From an uncultured Chloroflexia bacterium (lineage in GTDB: Bacteria > Chloroflexota > Anaerolineae > CG2-30-64-16): 64,000 nucleotides of DNA. The DNA lies in the NCBI GenBank assembly GCA_963810095.1, contig CAWEMM010000013.1:96001-160000 (forward strand). Direction: 5' to 3'. Under the pieces are notes generated by a model. That model had not been told where the DNA came from, ran no database searches, and saw only the letters and a list, made by a program, of their open reading frames with translations. Shown here piece by piece: positions 11,207 through 19,831 of this stretch. The position numbers and the translations under genes are program-made. How positions within the stretch are numbered: position 1 is the first letter of the stretch; every line of letters begins with the position of its first letter.

Positions 11207-14200
11207 ATGCAGGCAAACGGGACGCAGGCAAACGCCGCACAGGCAGACGCCGCGCAGCCAGACGCTGCACAGGCGTCGCCCCGTGCGGCCAGGAGAATCT
11301 CGACGGGCAGGGTGTTGCCAATCATTCTGCTCGTCGGGCTATTTGTCATGGCCGCGGTGTTGCGGTTCACCGACATTAACTGGGACCAGTTCCAGCACCT
11401 GCACCCCGACGAGCGCTTCATCGTGTGGGTGGCGGACACGATCAAATGGCCGGCCGGGGTTGAGGGAGGTCTCGGCGCGCAGTTGAGCGCGGCGCTGGAC
11501 CCCGCTCGTTCGCCGCTGAACCCCCTGCGCTGGCCGCCCGACGGCAGCGATCTTGCGGGCAAGCCCCGCAACTTCGCATACGGCCACTTCCCCCTGTACC
11601 TGCTTGTCGGCGTGTCGCACGCGGCCGCGTCCGTCGGCGATTGGTTCGGACACACCACGCTCATCTTCCCCGCGTGGATGCAGAAGATCAACACGGTTGG
11701 GCGGCACCTTGCCGAGTACAACTACCTCGCGCTCGCCGGGCGTGCAATTTCGGCGGTGGCCGACCTGGGCACGCTGCTGCTGGTCTATGCGATGGGCTGC
11801 CGAGTAGGCCGGCGGCTCTTTCCGTTTGCAGAAACCGGGATTCTGGAAGAAACCTGGTTTCTCAGGACAGGTGCCGGCTTGTTGGCCGCCGGGTTCTACG
11901 CGTTTGCGGTGCTCCCGGTGCAGCTCAGCCACTTCGCCGCAGTGGATGCGCTGCTCACGTTCCTGGTCGTGGCCACCGTTGCGCTGGCCGCGCGGTACGC
12001 GGAGCAAGGCGGGCGCTGGACGTGGGCGTTTGCGGGCATCCTGGCGGGTTTGGCGGTCGGATCGAAGTTTTCGGCCGTCATGCTGGCGCTTCCGCTGGTG
12101 GCAGCCGCCTTGTTCCGCCTGCCCCCCGGGCCCTGGACGCGAAAAGCGCTCGTCGTGCTGCGCCGCGTCGTGCCCGTCGCCGCGTTGGCCTTGCTCACCT
12201 TCGTGGTCACCAACCCGTTTGCGGTGCTCGAACTGCCGGCGTACATCGGCCAGATCACCGCGCAGAACCAGATGGTCAGCGGGGTGATGGACGCACCTTA
12301 CACCCGCCAGTACATCGGGACCGTGCCGTACTGGTATTTCGTTCAGCAACTCAGCCAATGGGGCCTCGGCTGGCCCGCGGGAATCATCGCGTGGGCGGGG
12401 CTGCTGTGGGCGCTGGCGAGGTTTGGCCTGGGCCGGGCGAGCGCGGCCATGACCGTGATGCTGGCGTGGGCGTTCCCGTATTTTGTCGTCACCGGTGGAT
12501 TTCACACGAAGTTCCTCCGCTACATGGCCCCACTGCTGCCGTTCCTGCTCGTCTTTGGCGCGGCCATGGCAGTCTCTGGATACCGATGGATGGCAGGGCG
12601 GTGGGGACGTGCGGGCCGGATGGCGTGGGGGTTCGCGGCGTTCGTCACCGCAAGTGTCACGATCGCCTGGTCTGTCGCGTTTATGGGCATGTACGGGCAA
12701 GAGCACCCCTGGCTGCAGGCGTCGAACTGGATCTACCGCAACATCCCCGAGGGCTCGAAGATCCTGAGCGAAGAGTGGGACGACGCGCTGCCGCTCACCA
12801 TGGACGAACTGACGAACCGCCCGCCGCTGCGCAAGTACGAGGGTTTCGAGCTGCCGGTTTGGGACGCCGACAGCAACGACAAGGTGGAGGCCCTCGCCGG
12901 CGAGTTGGCCGGGGCAGACTACCTGGCTATCGCCAGCAACCGGGTGTACGCGCCGGTCGGGCGGCTGGCGGGGCGCTACCCGATGACCAGCCAGTATTAC
13001 CGGAAGTTGTTCGCCGGGGAACTGGGGTACGAGTTGGTGGCGGATTTCTACGCGTACCCCCGGCTGGGCAACTGGATCATCCGCGACGACCACGCCGATG
13101 AGAGCCTGAGCGTCTATGATCACCCGCACGCGTTCGTCTTCAGGAACACGGGCAGGCTGACAAAGGACCAGATCGCCCTCCAACTGCGGCGCTATCTGCC
13201 GCCCGGCGGCGCGAGGGTGCCCGCGGCCAAGGCGCCCGGGCACGCCAGCATCCGCGCCCAAGATGCCGGCCCCGATCAGCCCCTCACGCTCGCTCAACCG
13301 GTGAATACCCTTCCCGACGTTACCGACTACCGGTGGAACGCGACCGTTTCCGGCTCGACCATCTTGTCGGTGCTGCTCTGGTGGTTTGTCATAACACTCT
13401 TCGGCTGGTTCGCGTGGCCACTCCTGTTTCCACTCGCGCGCGGATTGGCCGACCGGGGTCACGCAATTTCACGCGTTTTTGGGTGGCTGCTGCTCGGGTG
13501 GGTGCACTGGATAGGCGTCAGCCTCGGCTTGTGGCACAACGCATTGGGCCCGCTGCTGCTGATCCTGCTCATCCTGGTGCTCCTGGGGCGGTGGGCGTGG
13601 TCGCGGCAGCGCGAGGCGATGGGTGAGTACCTGGCCCGGCGCCTGCGCCTCATTGCCGGCCAGGAATTGCTGTTTGCACTTGCGTTCCTCTTCTTTGTGC
13701 TCATCCGCCTGCTCAACCCGGACCTGTGGCAGCCATGGAATGGCGGCGAGAAGTTCATGGAGTTCGCATTCCTGAACGCCACGCTGCGCAGCCCGGTCTT
13801 CCCGCCGTACGATCCCTATTTCGCGGGCGGCATCCTCAATTACTACTACTTCGGTCTGTACCTGGTCGGCATCCCGATCCGCTTGACCGGCATCTTTGCC
13901 GAGGTCGCGTTCAACCTCGCGGTCCCGTCGCTCTTCGCACTGACAGCACTGGGCGCGTTCAGCGTCACGTACAGCATCGCGGACGCGGCGCGCTGCCGAG
14001 CGAAGCCTGCCGCTGCCTCCGGCGACGACGGCGTGCCTCCGACCTCGACTGCGGCAGCCGGCGGGGGTCGCACTCGGGCAGTGCGTCCCGGGGTGGCCGG
14101 CGCCTTGGCGGTCGTGCTCACGCTCCTGATCGGCAACCTGACCGGTCTTGAGTGGGCCTTTGGCGCACTCGCGCAGTTCCTCACCGGAAAAGGGTTCCCC

Positions 14201-15850
14201 GCCTTCGATTATTGGGCGGCCAGCCGGGTTGTCCCGTTCACCATTAACGAGTTCCCGCTCTGGACCTTCACCTTCGCGGACCTGCACCCGCATCTGATCT
14301 CGATGGCCTTCGGGATGCTCGTGGCGGCGCTGGCGCTCAACTGGCTGCGGTGTGGGGCCGGGTCACTGCGCCAGGCGCTCGTCCGCCTGCTGGTGCTTAG
14401 TCTCAGCCTGGGGGCGCTGGGCGCCATCAACACCTGGGACCTGCCGACCTATGCACTCCTGGTCGGTGGCGCACTGCTTGCGGCTGCGTGGCGCACCGCG
14501 ACACGAGGGGGCGACCGGCTGCTTCACCTCGCCGCGGCCGCGCTTTCGGCCCTCGGCGTCGTGGCGCTTTCGATCGCGCTCTACCTGCCGTTCTATCAAA
14601 ACTACCAGGCGCAGGTCGGCGGCGGGGAGGGCGGAGTGGTGAGCCGCTTCCTGGGCGTGGTCAAGGATTCCAGTCCCTTCAAGCCGTGGCTGCTGATTTG
14701 GGGCTTCTTTCTCTTTCTCGCCCTGAGCTACACGCTGGTCGAACTGCTGGGGCGGCGGATGGCGTCGGAGATGCGCCGGCCGGCGGAGACCGGCCTGCAG
14801 GAGAGCGCAGAGACGGCCGAGGCGCCGGCAGACGTTGCGCCGCCGCGGCCGCGGCCTGGGCGAGGATGGCTGTTTGCCGTCCTGCTGCTCTTTGCGGCCG
14901 CGGCCATCTTTGCCGCCGCGGGCCGCCCAACCGTGGCCGCGGCGGCCCTGCCGCTGATCCTTGCCATGCCGCTGGTCCTCGACCGGCGGTCGGGCGCGGG
15001 CCCGGTGTTCGTCGGGCTGTTGCTCGTGCTCGGGTTCGGAGTGATTGCGGGCATCGAGCTTGTGTACCTGCGCGATTTCCTGGAGGGCGGCGACTGGTAC
15101 CGCATGAACACGCTTTTCAAGTTCTCGGTGCCGGCCTGGCTGTTCCTCGGCCTGGCGAGCGGGTACATGCTGCCCCGGCTCTGGTTGCTGGGCGAACGCG
15201 GCCCGGCCTGGCTCGGCGCACCGTGGCAGGTTGCAGCCGCGCTGCTGCTGGCCGGCAGCCTGGTCTTTCTGTTCGTGGGCGTGAAGGCGCGGGTGGACGA
15301 CCGTTTCCCGGGCGCCCGCCCCCCAGTCGGCACCCTCGACGGGATGGCTTACATGCGGGCCGGTCAGTACGGCTGGCCGGCCGGGGATAACCAAATCCGC
15401 CTGGCAGAAGACTATGACGCGATCAAGTGGCTGCTGGCCAACGTCAAGGGCACGCCGGTAGTAGCCGAGGCGCCCGCCGGCGGCTACACTGTCAACGGCG
15501 AAGCCGTCAACTACGATTATTATCGGGCAGGAGGATTGCGCGTAGCCAGTATGACCGGCCTGCCCACTTTTGTGGGACAGCACCAGTACGAGCAGCGGCC
15601 GGGCGACCAGGTGAGTGCGCAGACTGCCAAGGGGATGGAGTTCTTCCAGACCACGAACCGGGACGTCGTGCGGCGCCTTATCGACGAGCTGCACGTGGGG
15701 TACATTTACGTGGGACCGCTCGAACGGCTCCTGTTTGGCGCCGAGCAACTCGGCAAGTTCGATTCGATGGTCGGGGCAGGGGAGTTGGGCATTGCCTATC
15801 GGAACCCGGGCGTGGTGATCTACGAGGTCCCCACGAAGCCGGCGAACTGA
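11207..15850 (+). CDS. GT39-like plus DUF2298 (Chlor_Arch_YYY) fusion membrane protein, 1547 aa
   Basis: HPDERF, GGEKFMEFAFLN, NYYYFG, INEFP, DLHPH, NTWD and RMNTLFKF motifs; GAGGGG RBS. Confidence 0.9.
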   Translation: MQANGTQANAAQADAAQPDAAQASPRAARRISTGRVLPIILLVGLFVMAAVLRFTDINWDQFQHLHPDERFIVWVADTIKWPAGVEGGLGAQLSAALDPARSPLNPLRWPPDGSDLAGKPRNFAYGHFPLYLLVGVSHAAASVGDWFGHTTLIFPAWMQKINTVGRHLAEYNYLALAGRAISAVADLGTLLLVYAMGCRVGRRLFPFAETGILEETWFLRTGAGLLAAGFYAFAVLPVQLSHFAAVDALLTFLVVATVALAARYAEQGGRWTWAFAGILAGLAVGSKFSAVMLALPLVAAALFRLPPGPWTRKALVVLRRVVPVAALALLTFVVTNPFAVLELPAYIGQITAQNQMVSGVMDAPYTRQYIGTVPYWYFVQQLSQWGLGWPAGIIAWAGLLWALARFGLGRASAAMTVMLAWAFPYFVVTGGFHTKFLRYMAPLLPFLLVFGAAMAVSGYRWMAGRWGRAGRMAWGFAAFVTASVTIAWSVAFMGMYGQEHPWLQASNWIYRNIPEGSKILSEEWDDALPLTMDELTNRPPLRKYEGFELPVWDADSNDKVEALAGELAGADYLAIASNRVYAPVGRLAGRYPMTSQYYRKLFAGELGYELVADFYAYPRLGNWIIRDDHADESLSVYDHPHAFVFRNTGRLTKDQIALQLRRYLPPGGARVPAAKAPGHASIRAQDAGPDQPLTLAQPVNTLPDVTDYRWNATVSGSTILSVLLWWFVITLFGWFAWPLLFPLARGLADRGHAISRVFGWLLLGWVHWIGVSLGLWHNALGPLLLILLILVLLGRWAWSRQREAMGEYLARRLRLIAGQELLFALAFLFFVLIRLLNPDLWQPWNGGEKFMEFAFLNATLRSPVFPPYDPYFAGGILNYYYFGLYLVGIPIRLTGIFAEVAFNLAVPSLFALTALGAFSVTYSIADAARCRAKPAAASGDDGVPPTSTAAAGGGRTRAVRPGVAGALAVVLTLLIGNLTGLEWAFGALAQFLTGKGFPAFDYWAASRVVPFTINEFPLWTFTFADLHPHLISMAFGMLVAALALNWLRCGAGSLRQALVRLLVLSLSLGALGAINTWDLPTYALLVGGALLAAAWRTATRGGDRLLHLAAAALSALGVVALSIALYLPFYQNYQAQVGGGEGGVVSRFLGVVKDSSPFKPWLLIWGFFLFLALSYTLVELLGRRMASEMRRPAETGLQESAETAEAPADVAPPRPRPGRGWLFAVLLLFAAAAIFAAAGRPTVAAAALPLILAMPLVLDRRSGAGPVFVGLLLVLGFGVIAGIELVYLRDFLEGGDWYRMNTLFKFSVPAWLFLGLASGYMLPRLWLLGERGPAWLGAPWQVAAALLLAGSLVFLFVGVKARVDDRFPGARPPVGTLDGMAYMRAGQYGWPAGDNQIRLAEDYDAIKWLLANVKGTPVVAEAPAGGYTVNGEAVNYDYYRAGGLRVASMTGLPTFVGQHQYEQRPGDQVSAQTAKGMEFFQTTNRDVVRRLIDELHVGYIYVGPLERLLFGAEQLGKFDSMVGAGELGIAYRNPGVVIYEVPTKPAN
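11209..11276 (+). repeat. 15-bp tandem repeat encoding a QA(N/D)AA-like pentapeptide N-terminus
   Basis: gcaggcaaacgggac / gcaggcaaacgccgc / acaggcagacgccgc / gcagccagacgctgc units. Confidence 0.75.
11830..11862. repeat. 33-nt palindromic element inside a CDS
   Basis: AGAAACCGGGATTCT-GGA-AGAAACCTGGTTTCT; near-perfect 15-3-15 hairpin; encodes ETGILEETWFL. Confidence 0.7.
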
Positions 15851-15907
15851 CCCGTGCGCAAGGAACGCCTGCGTTCGCCCGTTCGGGGCATTCGTGCCGG
15901 CCGGCGG

Positions 15908-15934
15908 TGACCTTTCCTTCGTGCCGCTAGTCAT
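15908..15934 (+). promoter_or_regulatory. Candidate ECF-type (autoregulatory) promoter
   Basis: TGACC-N17-GTCAT upstream of the ECF sigma gene; resemblance to ECF promoters only. Confidence 0.3.
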
Positions 15935-15951
15935 AGAGTATGTGAAGCTAA

Positions 15952-16470
15952 ATGTCAGCAGAAGCGCCCCCCGATGAGCAGGCGCGGCAGGTGGCCGAGC
16001 TCTTCGAGCAGCACCGGGCCGCCGTCTACGCCTACCTGGTGCGCCTTTCGCGCGACGCGCAGCTGGCCGAGGAGATCACACAGGAGACCTTTCTGAAGGT
16101 TTACCAGGCGCGCGACCGGCTGCCGGGCATCGAGAATCCACGGGCGTGGATTTTTCGCATAGCCACTAACACGTGCCTGACGGTCTTGAAACGCAACCGG
16201 CGTTTTCGCTGGCTGCCCTGGGAAGCGGCAGAGACCATTTCGCACGGCCGGGACGAGCCGGGCCAGGTGGGGCAGCGGGACGCGGTGGAGCGGGCGTTAG
16301 CAAGCATGCGCCAGGAGTACCGGGCGGTGCTGCTGCTGTTCAGTTATCACGGTTTCAGGATCGCGGAAGTCGCGCAAGTCTTGGGTATCAGCGAAGGGGC
16401 GGTGAAGACGCGGGTGTACCGGGCAAAGGAAATGTTCCTGCGGGCCTATAAAGAGGGTGAAGAGGCATGA
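15952..16470 (+). CDS. ECF (sigma-70 group 4) RNA polymerase sigma factor
   Basis: 'AEEITQETFLK', 'RAWIFRIATN', region 4 'EVAQVLGISEGAVKTRVYRA'. Confidence 0.95.
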   Translation: MSAEAPPDEQARQVAELFEQHRAAVYAYLVRLSRDAQLAEEITQETFLKVYQARDRLPGIENPRAWIFRIATNTCLTVLKRNRRFRWLPWEAAETISHGRDEPGQVGQRDAVERALASMRQEYRAVLLLFSYHGFRIAEVAQVLGISEGAVKTRVYRAKEMFLRAYKEGEEA

Positions 16471-17033
16471 GGGAGCACGGAGAGATCGAGCGGATCATGG
16501 CGAGTTACCGTGACGCGACGCCGGAAGAGCGGGCGCGGGCGGACGCGCATCTGGCCGGCTGCGCAAGGTGCGCGGCGCGGGCCGCGGCGTTCGACCGGGT
16601 CGATGCGACGCTGGCCACGCTGGCTCAACCCGCGCTGCCGGCGCGGCTGGCGCACCCGCTGCGCACGATCGCTGCGCAAGAGAAGCTTCCGCTCCGATCT
16701 GGCCCCCCAAGCCGGGTCGTCTTTGCCCGCACCCTTGTGCCCGCAGGGGTGGTTTTGTTGGTGCTGGCCGCGCTCTCGGTCCTGATGATGACGCTGAGCT
16801 CGGGGCGGGTGCTGGCCACGTCGACCCCCACGCTGACGACCACGCTCACGCCAACCGGCATTGCCGCCCGTGAGACCGTGCCGGCCCTGCTTGGCTTCAC
16901 CCATCCGTTGCCAGCCGGGTACCGGGCTGCGGCGGCACTGCAGCCCACCCCCGCGCCCGCGCCCGCACCGAGCACCGGAAAGACCGGCACGCTTTTGGCG
17001 GGGTATCGCGCACATGCTACAATGATTCATTGA
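16467..17033 (+). CDS. Zinc-binding (zf-HC2/ZAS) membrane anti-sigma factor
   Basis: HxxxCxxC ('HLAGCARC'); one TM helix; Thr/Pro-rich C-terminal tail; ATGA overlap with the sigma gene. Confidence 0.85.
   Translation: MREHGEIERIMASYRDATPEERARADAHLAGCARCAARAAAFDRVDATLATLAQPALPARLAHPLRTIAAQEKLPLRSGPPSRVVFARTLVPAGVVLLVLAALSVLMMTLSSGRVLATSTPTLTTTLTPTGIAARETVPALLGFTHPLPAGYRAAAALQPTPAPAPAPSTGKTGTLLAGYRAHATMIH
16995..17023 (+). promoter_or_regulatory. Sigma70-type promoter for the downstream DUF2298 gene
   Basis: TTGGCG-N17-TACAAT with extended -10 TG. Confidence 0.55.
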
Positions 17034-17063
17034 TTATGGGTTAACTTCGACACGGACTCATTT

Positions 17064-19754
17064 ATGCCTTTACTACTCTGGTGGCTGGCGCTCCAGCTGA
17101 TCGGCCTGCTCGCATTGCCTCTGACCTGGCGGCTGTTTGCCTGGCTGCCGGGGCGGGGGTATCCCTTTGCAAAGGTGCTGGGGCTGCTGCTCGTCTCGTA
17201 CGTTTTGTGGATCGGGGCTTCGTTCCACCTGCTCTCGAACACGCTGGGTGGCGTGGTCGTCGCGCTGTTGCTCGTCGCCGCGCTCTCCGCATGGCTGGGG
17301 GGCCAGGGCTTGCGCCGGACACCGGGCGGCAGCCGGCCGCTCTTCGCCTGGCTGCGCGCCAACCGGGCCCTGGTGATCGCCACCGAGCTGCTTTTCGTCC
17401 TCATCCTCGTCGCATGGTCGGTCTTCCGAGCCTACAATCCGGACATCGCGGGCACGGAGAAGCCGATGGAGTTCGCCTTCATCAACGGCGTCCTCTCGAG
17501 CCCCTTGCTGCCTCCGCAAGACCCCTGGCTCTCGGGTTACGGCATCAGCTATTACTACTTCGGGTATGTGATGCTCGCCGCGCTGATCCGGCTCACCGGC
17601 GTTCTGCCCGAGGTTGGGTTCAATCTCGGCGTCGCGATGTGGTATGCGCTGGTCATGACCTCGGGGTTCGGCGTGGTAACGACGCTGGTGGCGCTAGCTC
17701 GGGGTGGCGCGCATCCTTCGACGCCCACGCCAGACTTGAGGGCGCCCACTCAGGACCCTCCTGCAACGGCCGTCGTGGCCTCCGCTGAGGATGCCTTCGC
17801 CGCGGACCAGGATGCCTGGATGGCGTCGCAGGAGGCAGAGCGTTCGCCGGCGCGCGGGGCCATCGGCTGGGGCCTGCTCGGCGCAGTGATGCTGGGCTTT
17901 ATGGCCAATCTCGAGGGATTGATCGATGCGGGCTACCAGCGGGGCATCCTGCCCGCCGGTTTCATCAATTGGATCAACATCAAGGGCCTGACCGAGGCGC
18001 CCCCGACCGGCGACTGGACGGGCGGCTTCTGGTGGTGGTGGCGGGCGTCGCGGGTGATCCACGACCTGACCCTGCCGCTCAACGGCCAGCGCAACAGCGT
18101 CGAGGTTATCGACGAGTTTCCGTTCTTCAGCTTTCTGTTGGGCGACATGCATCCCCATGTGCTGGCGCTGCCGTTTGTGCTGTTGGCGATCCTGCTCTCG
18201 GTGAACCTGCTGGTGGGCGCGATGAGGTGGACTGGCCGCGGCGACGCAGATGGGGCCGAGGCGAGCGGCTGGCGGACGCAGCTTCGTGAGTGGGTAGAAG
18301 CGTTTGCCCATGCTACCGGGCTCGGCTGGCCCGGGGTGCTGCTGTACGCGGTCGCGATCGGCAGCCTGGCTTTTCTCAACACCTGGGATTTCCCGGTGTA
18401 CGTAGGGTTGGCCGCGCTGGCCTTCGGCGTCGGCCTGGCGCTCACAGGTGGCATCAACTGGCGTTCGGTCGGCGGCGCTTTGTTCGCCTTCGTCCTGATC
18501 GCCTTCATCGGCTATCTCCTGTATGTGCCGTTCTACGTCGGCTTCCAGTCACAGCTTGGGGGCATCCTTCCCAATCTGCTCTTCCCGAGCCGGTTCAGCC
18601 AGTTCTTCGTCATGTTCGGCCCGTTTCTCGTCATCGCGGTCGCGTTCCTGATCCTGATGTGCCGGGAGGCCGGCACGCGCACGACCACCCGCTACACCCT
18701 GCTCGCGCTCGTGTGGACGCTGTTCGTGCCGCTGATCCTGTTGGCCCTCGTCTTGATCGGCTTCGTGGCGTTGCCCTCGGGCCAGGCGCAGATCCGGGAC
18801 ATTCTGCAGCGACCGGAAATCGCCGCGAACGCGCCGGATCAAACGGTGGGCGGCCTGCTGCGGCTGGTGGCGCAGGTGCGCGCCGGTTCTCCGTGGACCT
18901 ATCTCGTGTTGGCGGTGCTGCTGGCATGGGCGATCGGCGCAGTGCTGGCGGCGCTGTCGAACCGGGCCAGTAAGACCTTCGGGGTTTCCGAAACCCCGAA
19001 GGTCTATGAGCAGCTCCCGGTCGACCTTTTCGCCGCGCTGATGATCGTCGTCGCGCTCGCGCTGACGCTGTTCCCTGAGTTCTTGTATCTGCGCGACATC
19101 TTTGGCAGCCGCATGAACACGGTCTTCAAGTTTTACTACCAGGCGTGGGCGCTGCTGGCGCTGGCCGGCGCGTACGGACTGAGCCGGTTGGCTGCGCGCA
19201 CCACCCCCGGCTGGCTGAAGGCGCCGGCGTTGGTGCTGTCGGGCGTGCTGATCCTGGGCGGGCTCTGGTATCCGCTGGCCGCGATCCCAAGCAAGGCTGA
19301 CAATTTCCAGGGGCAAGCGACGCTTGACGGCCTCGCGTACCTCCAGCGCAGCAACCCGGGCGACACCGCGGCGATCAGTTGGCTGCGACAGAACGTCGCG
19401 CGGGACGCCGTCGTGCTCGAGGCCACCGGCGGGTCGTATGGGCCGGAGGGCCGGATCTCGATGGCGACCGGCAACCCGACGCTCCTTGGCTGGGACTTCC
19501 ACGAACGCCAGTGGCGCGGGAACAAGGGCTATGACGAGTTCGCCGCGGTGCGGCCGGGCGTGATCGACCAGATCTATCGCACCGCACGGTCCGAGGACCT
19601 ACCCGGGCTGCTGAACGAGTGGGGCGTGGACTACGTCTATATCGGCAATGCGGAGCGCACCAAGTACGGCGTCTCTGACGCCGCGCTGGCCCGCTTCGAC
19701 TCGACCATGAAGAAAGTCTATGATGCGGACGGCGTCCGCATCTACGCACGATAG
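17064..19754 (+). CDS. DUF2298 / Chlor_Arch_YYY membrane protein (stand-alone)
   Basis: GTEKPMEFAFIN, SYYYFG, IDEFPFFSF, DMHPH, NTWDFP, RMNTVFKFYYQAW, GWDFHERQWR. Confidence 0.9.
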   Translation: MPLLLWWLALQLIGLLALPLTWRLFAWLPGRGYPFAKVLGLLLVSYVLWIGASFHLLSNTLGGVVVALLLVAALSAWLGGQGLRRTPGGSRPLFAWLRANRALVIATELLFVLILVAWSVFRAYNPDIAGTEKPMEFAFINGVLSSPLLPPQDPWLSGYGISYYYFGYVMLAALIRLTGVLPEVGFNLGVAMWYALVMTSGFGVVTTLVALARGGAHPSTPTPDLRAPTQDPPATAVVASAEDAFAADQDAWMASQEAERSPARGAIGWGLLGAVMLGFMANLEGLIDAGYQRGILPAGFINWINIKGLTEAPPTGDWTGGFWWWWRASRVIHDLTLPLNGQRNSVEVIDEFPFFSFLLGDMHPHVLALPFVLLAILLSVNLLVGAMRWTGRGDADGAEASGWRTQLREWVEAFAHATGLGWPGVLLYAVAIGSLAFLNTWDFPVYVGLAALAFGVGLALTGGINWRSVGGALFAFVLIAFIGYLLYVPFYVGFQSQLGGILPNLLFPSRFSQFFVMFGPFLVIAVAFLILMCREAGTRTTTRYTLLALVWTLFVPLILLALVLIGFVALPSGQAQIRDILQRPEIAANAPDQTVGGLLRLVAQVRAGSPWTYLVLAVLLAWAIGAVLAALSNRASKTFGVSETPKVYEQLPVDLFAALMIVVALALTLFPEFLYLRDIFGSRMNTVFKFYYQAWALLALAGAYGLSRLAARTTPGWLKAPALVLSGVLILGGLWYPLAAIPSKADNFQGQATLDGLAYLQRSNPGDTAAISWLRQNVARDAVVLEATGGSYGPEGRISMATGNPTLLGWDFHERQWRGNKGYDEFAAVRPGVIDQIYRTARSEDLPGLLNEWGVDYVYIGNAERTKYGVSDAALARFDSTMKKVYDADGVRIYAR
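18973..19005. repeat. 33-nt perfect palindromic element inside a CDS
   Basis: AGACCTTCGGGGTTT-CCG-AAACCCCGAAGGTCT; encodes KTFGVSETPKV. Confidence 0.8.
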
Positions 19755-19756
19755 CG

Positions 19757-19808
19757 AGAGACCAGGGTTTCCACCGCCAGCTTCGCTGGCGCTGAAACCC
19801 TGGTCTCT
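19757..19808. repeat. Intergenic REP-like hairpin related to the 33-nt elements
   Basis: AGAGACCAGGGTTTC ... GAAACCCTGGTCTCT arms around an inner CGCCAGC/GCTGGCG hairpin. Confidence 0.75.
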
Positions 19809-19831
19809 GACGCGGCAATAAAGGCAGTTAT

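Noticed and set aside
9143-15934. Long antisense ORFs (557, 707 and 523 aa) and similar ones opposite glmS, mutS, tex and sucCD
   Set aside because: Shadow frames of high-GC genes; no motifs, and they overlap well-supported CDSs
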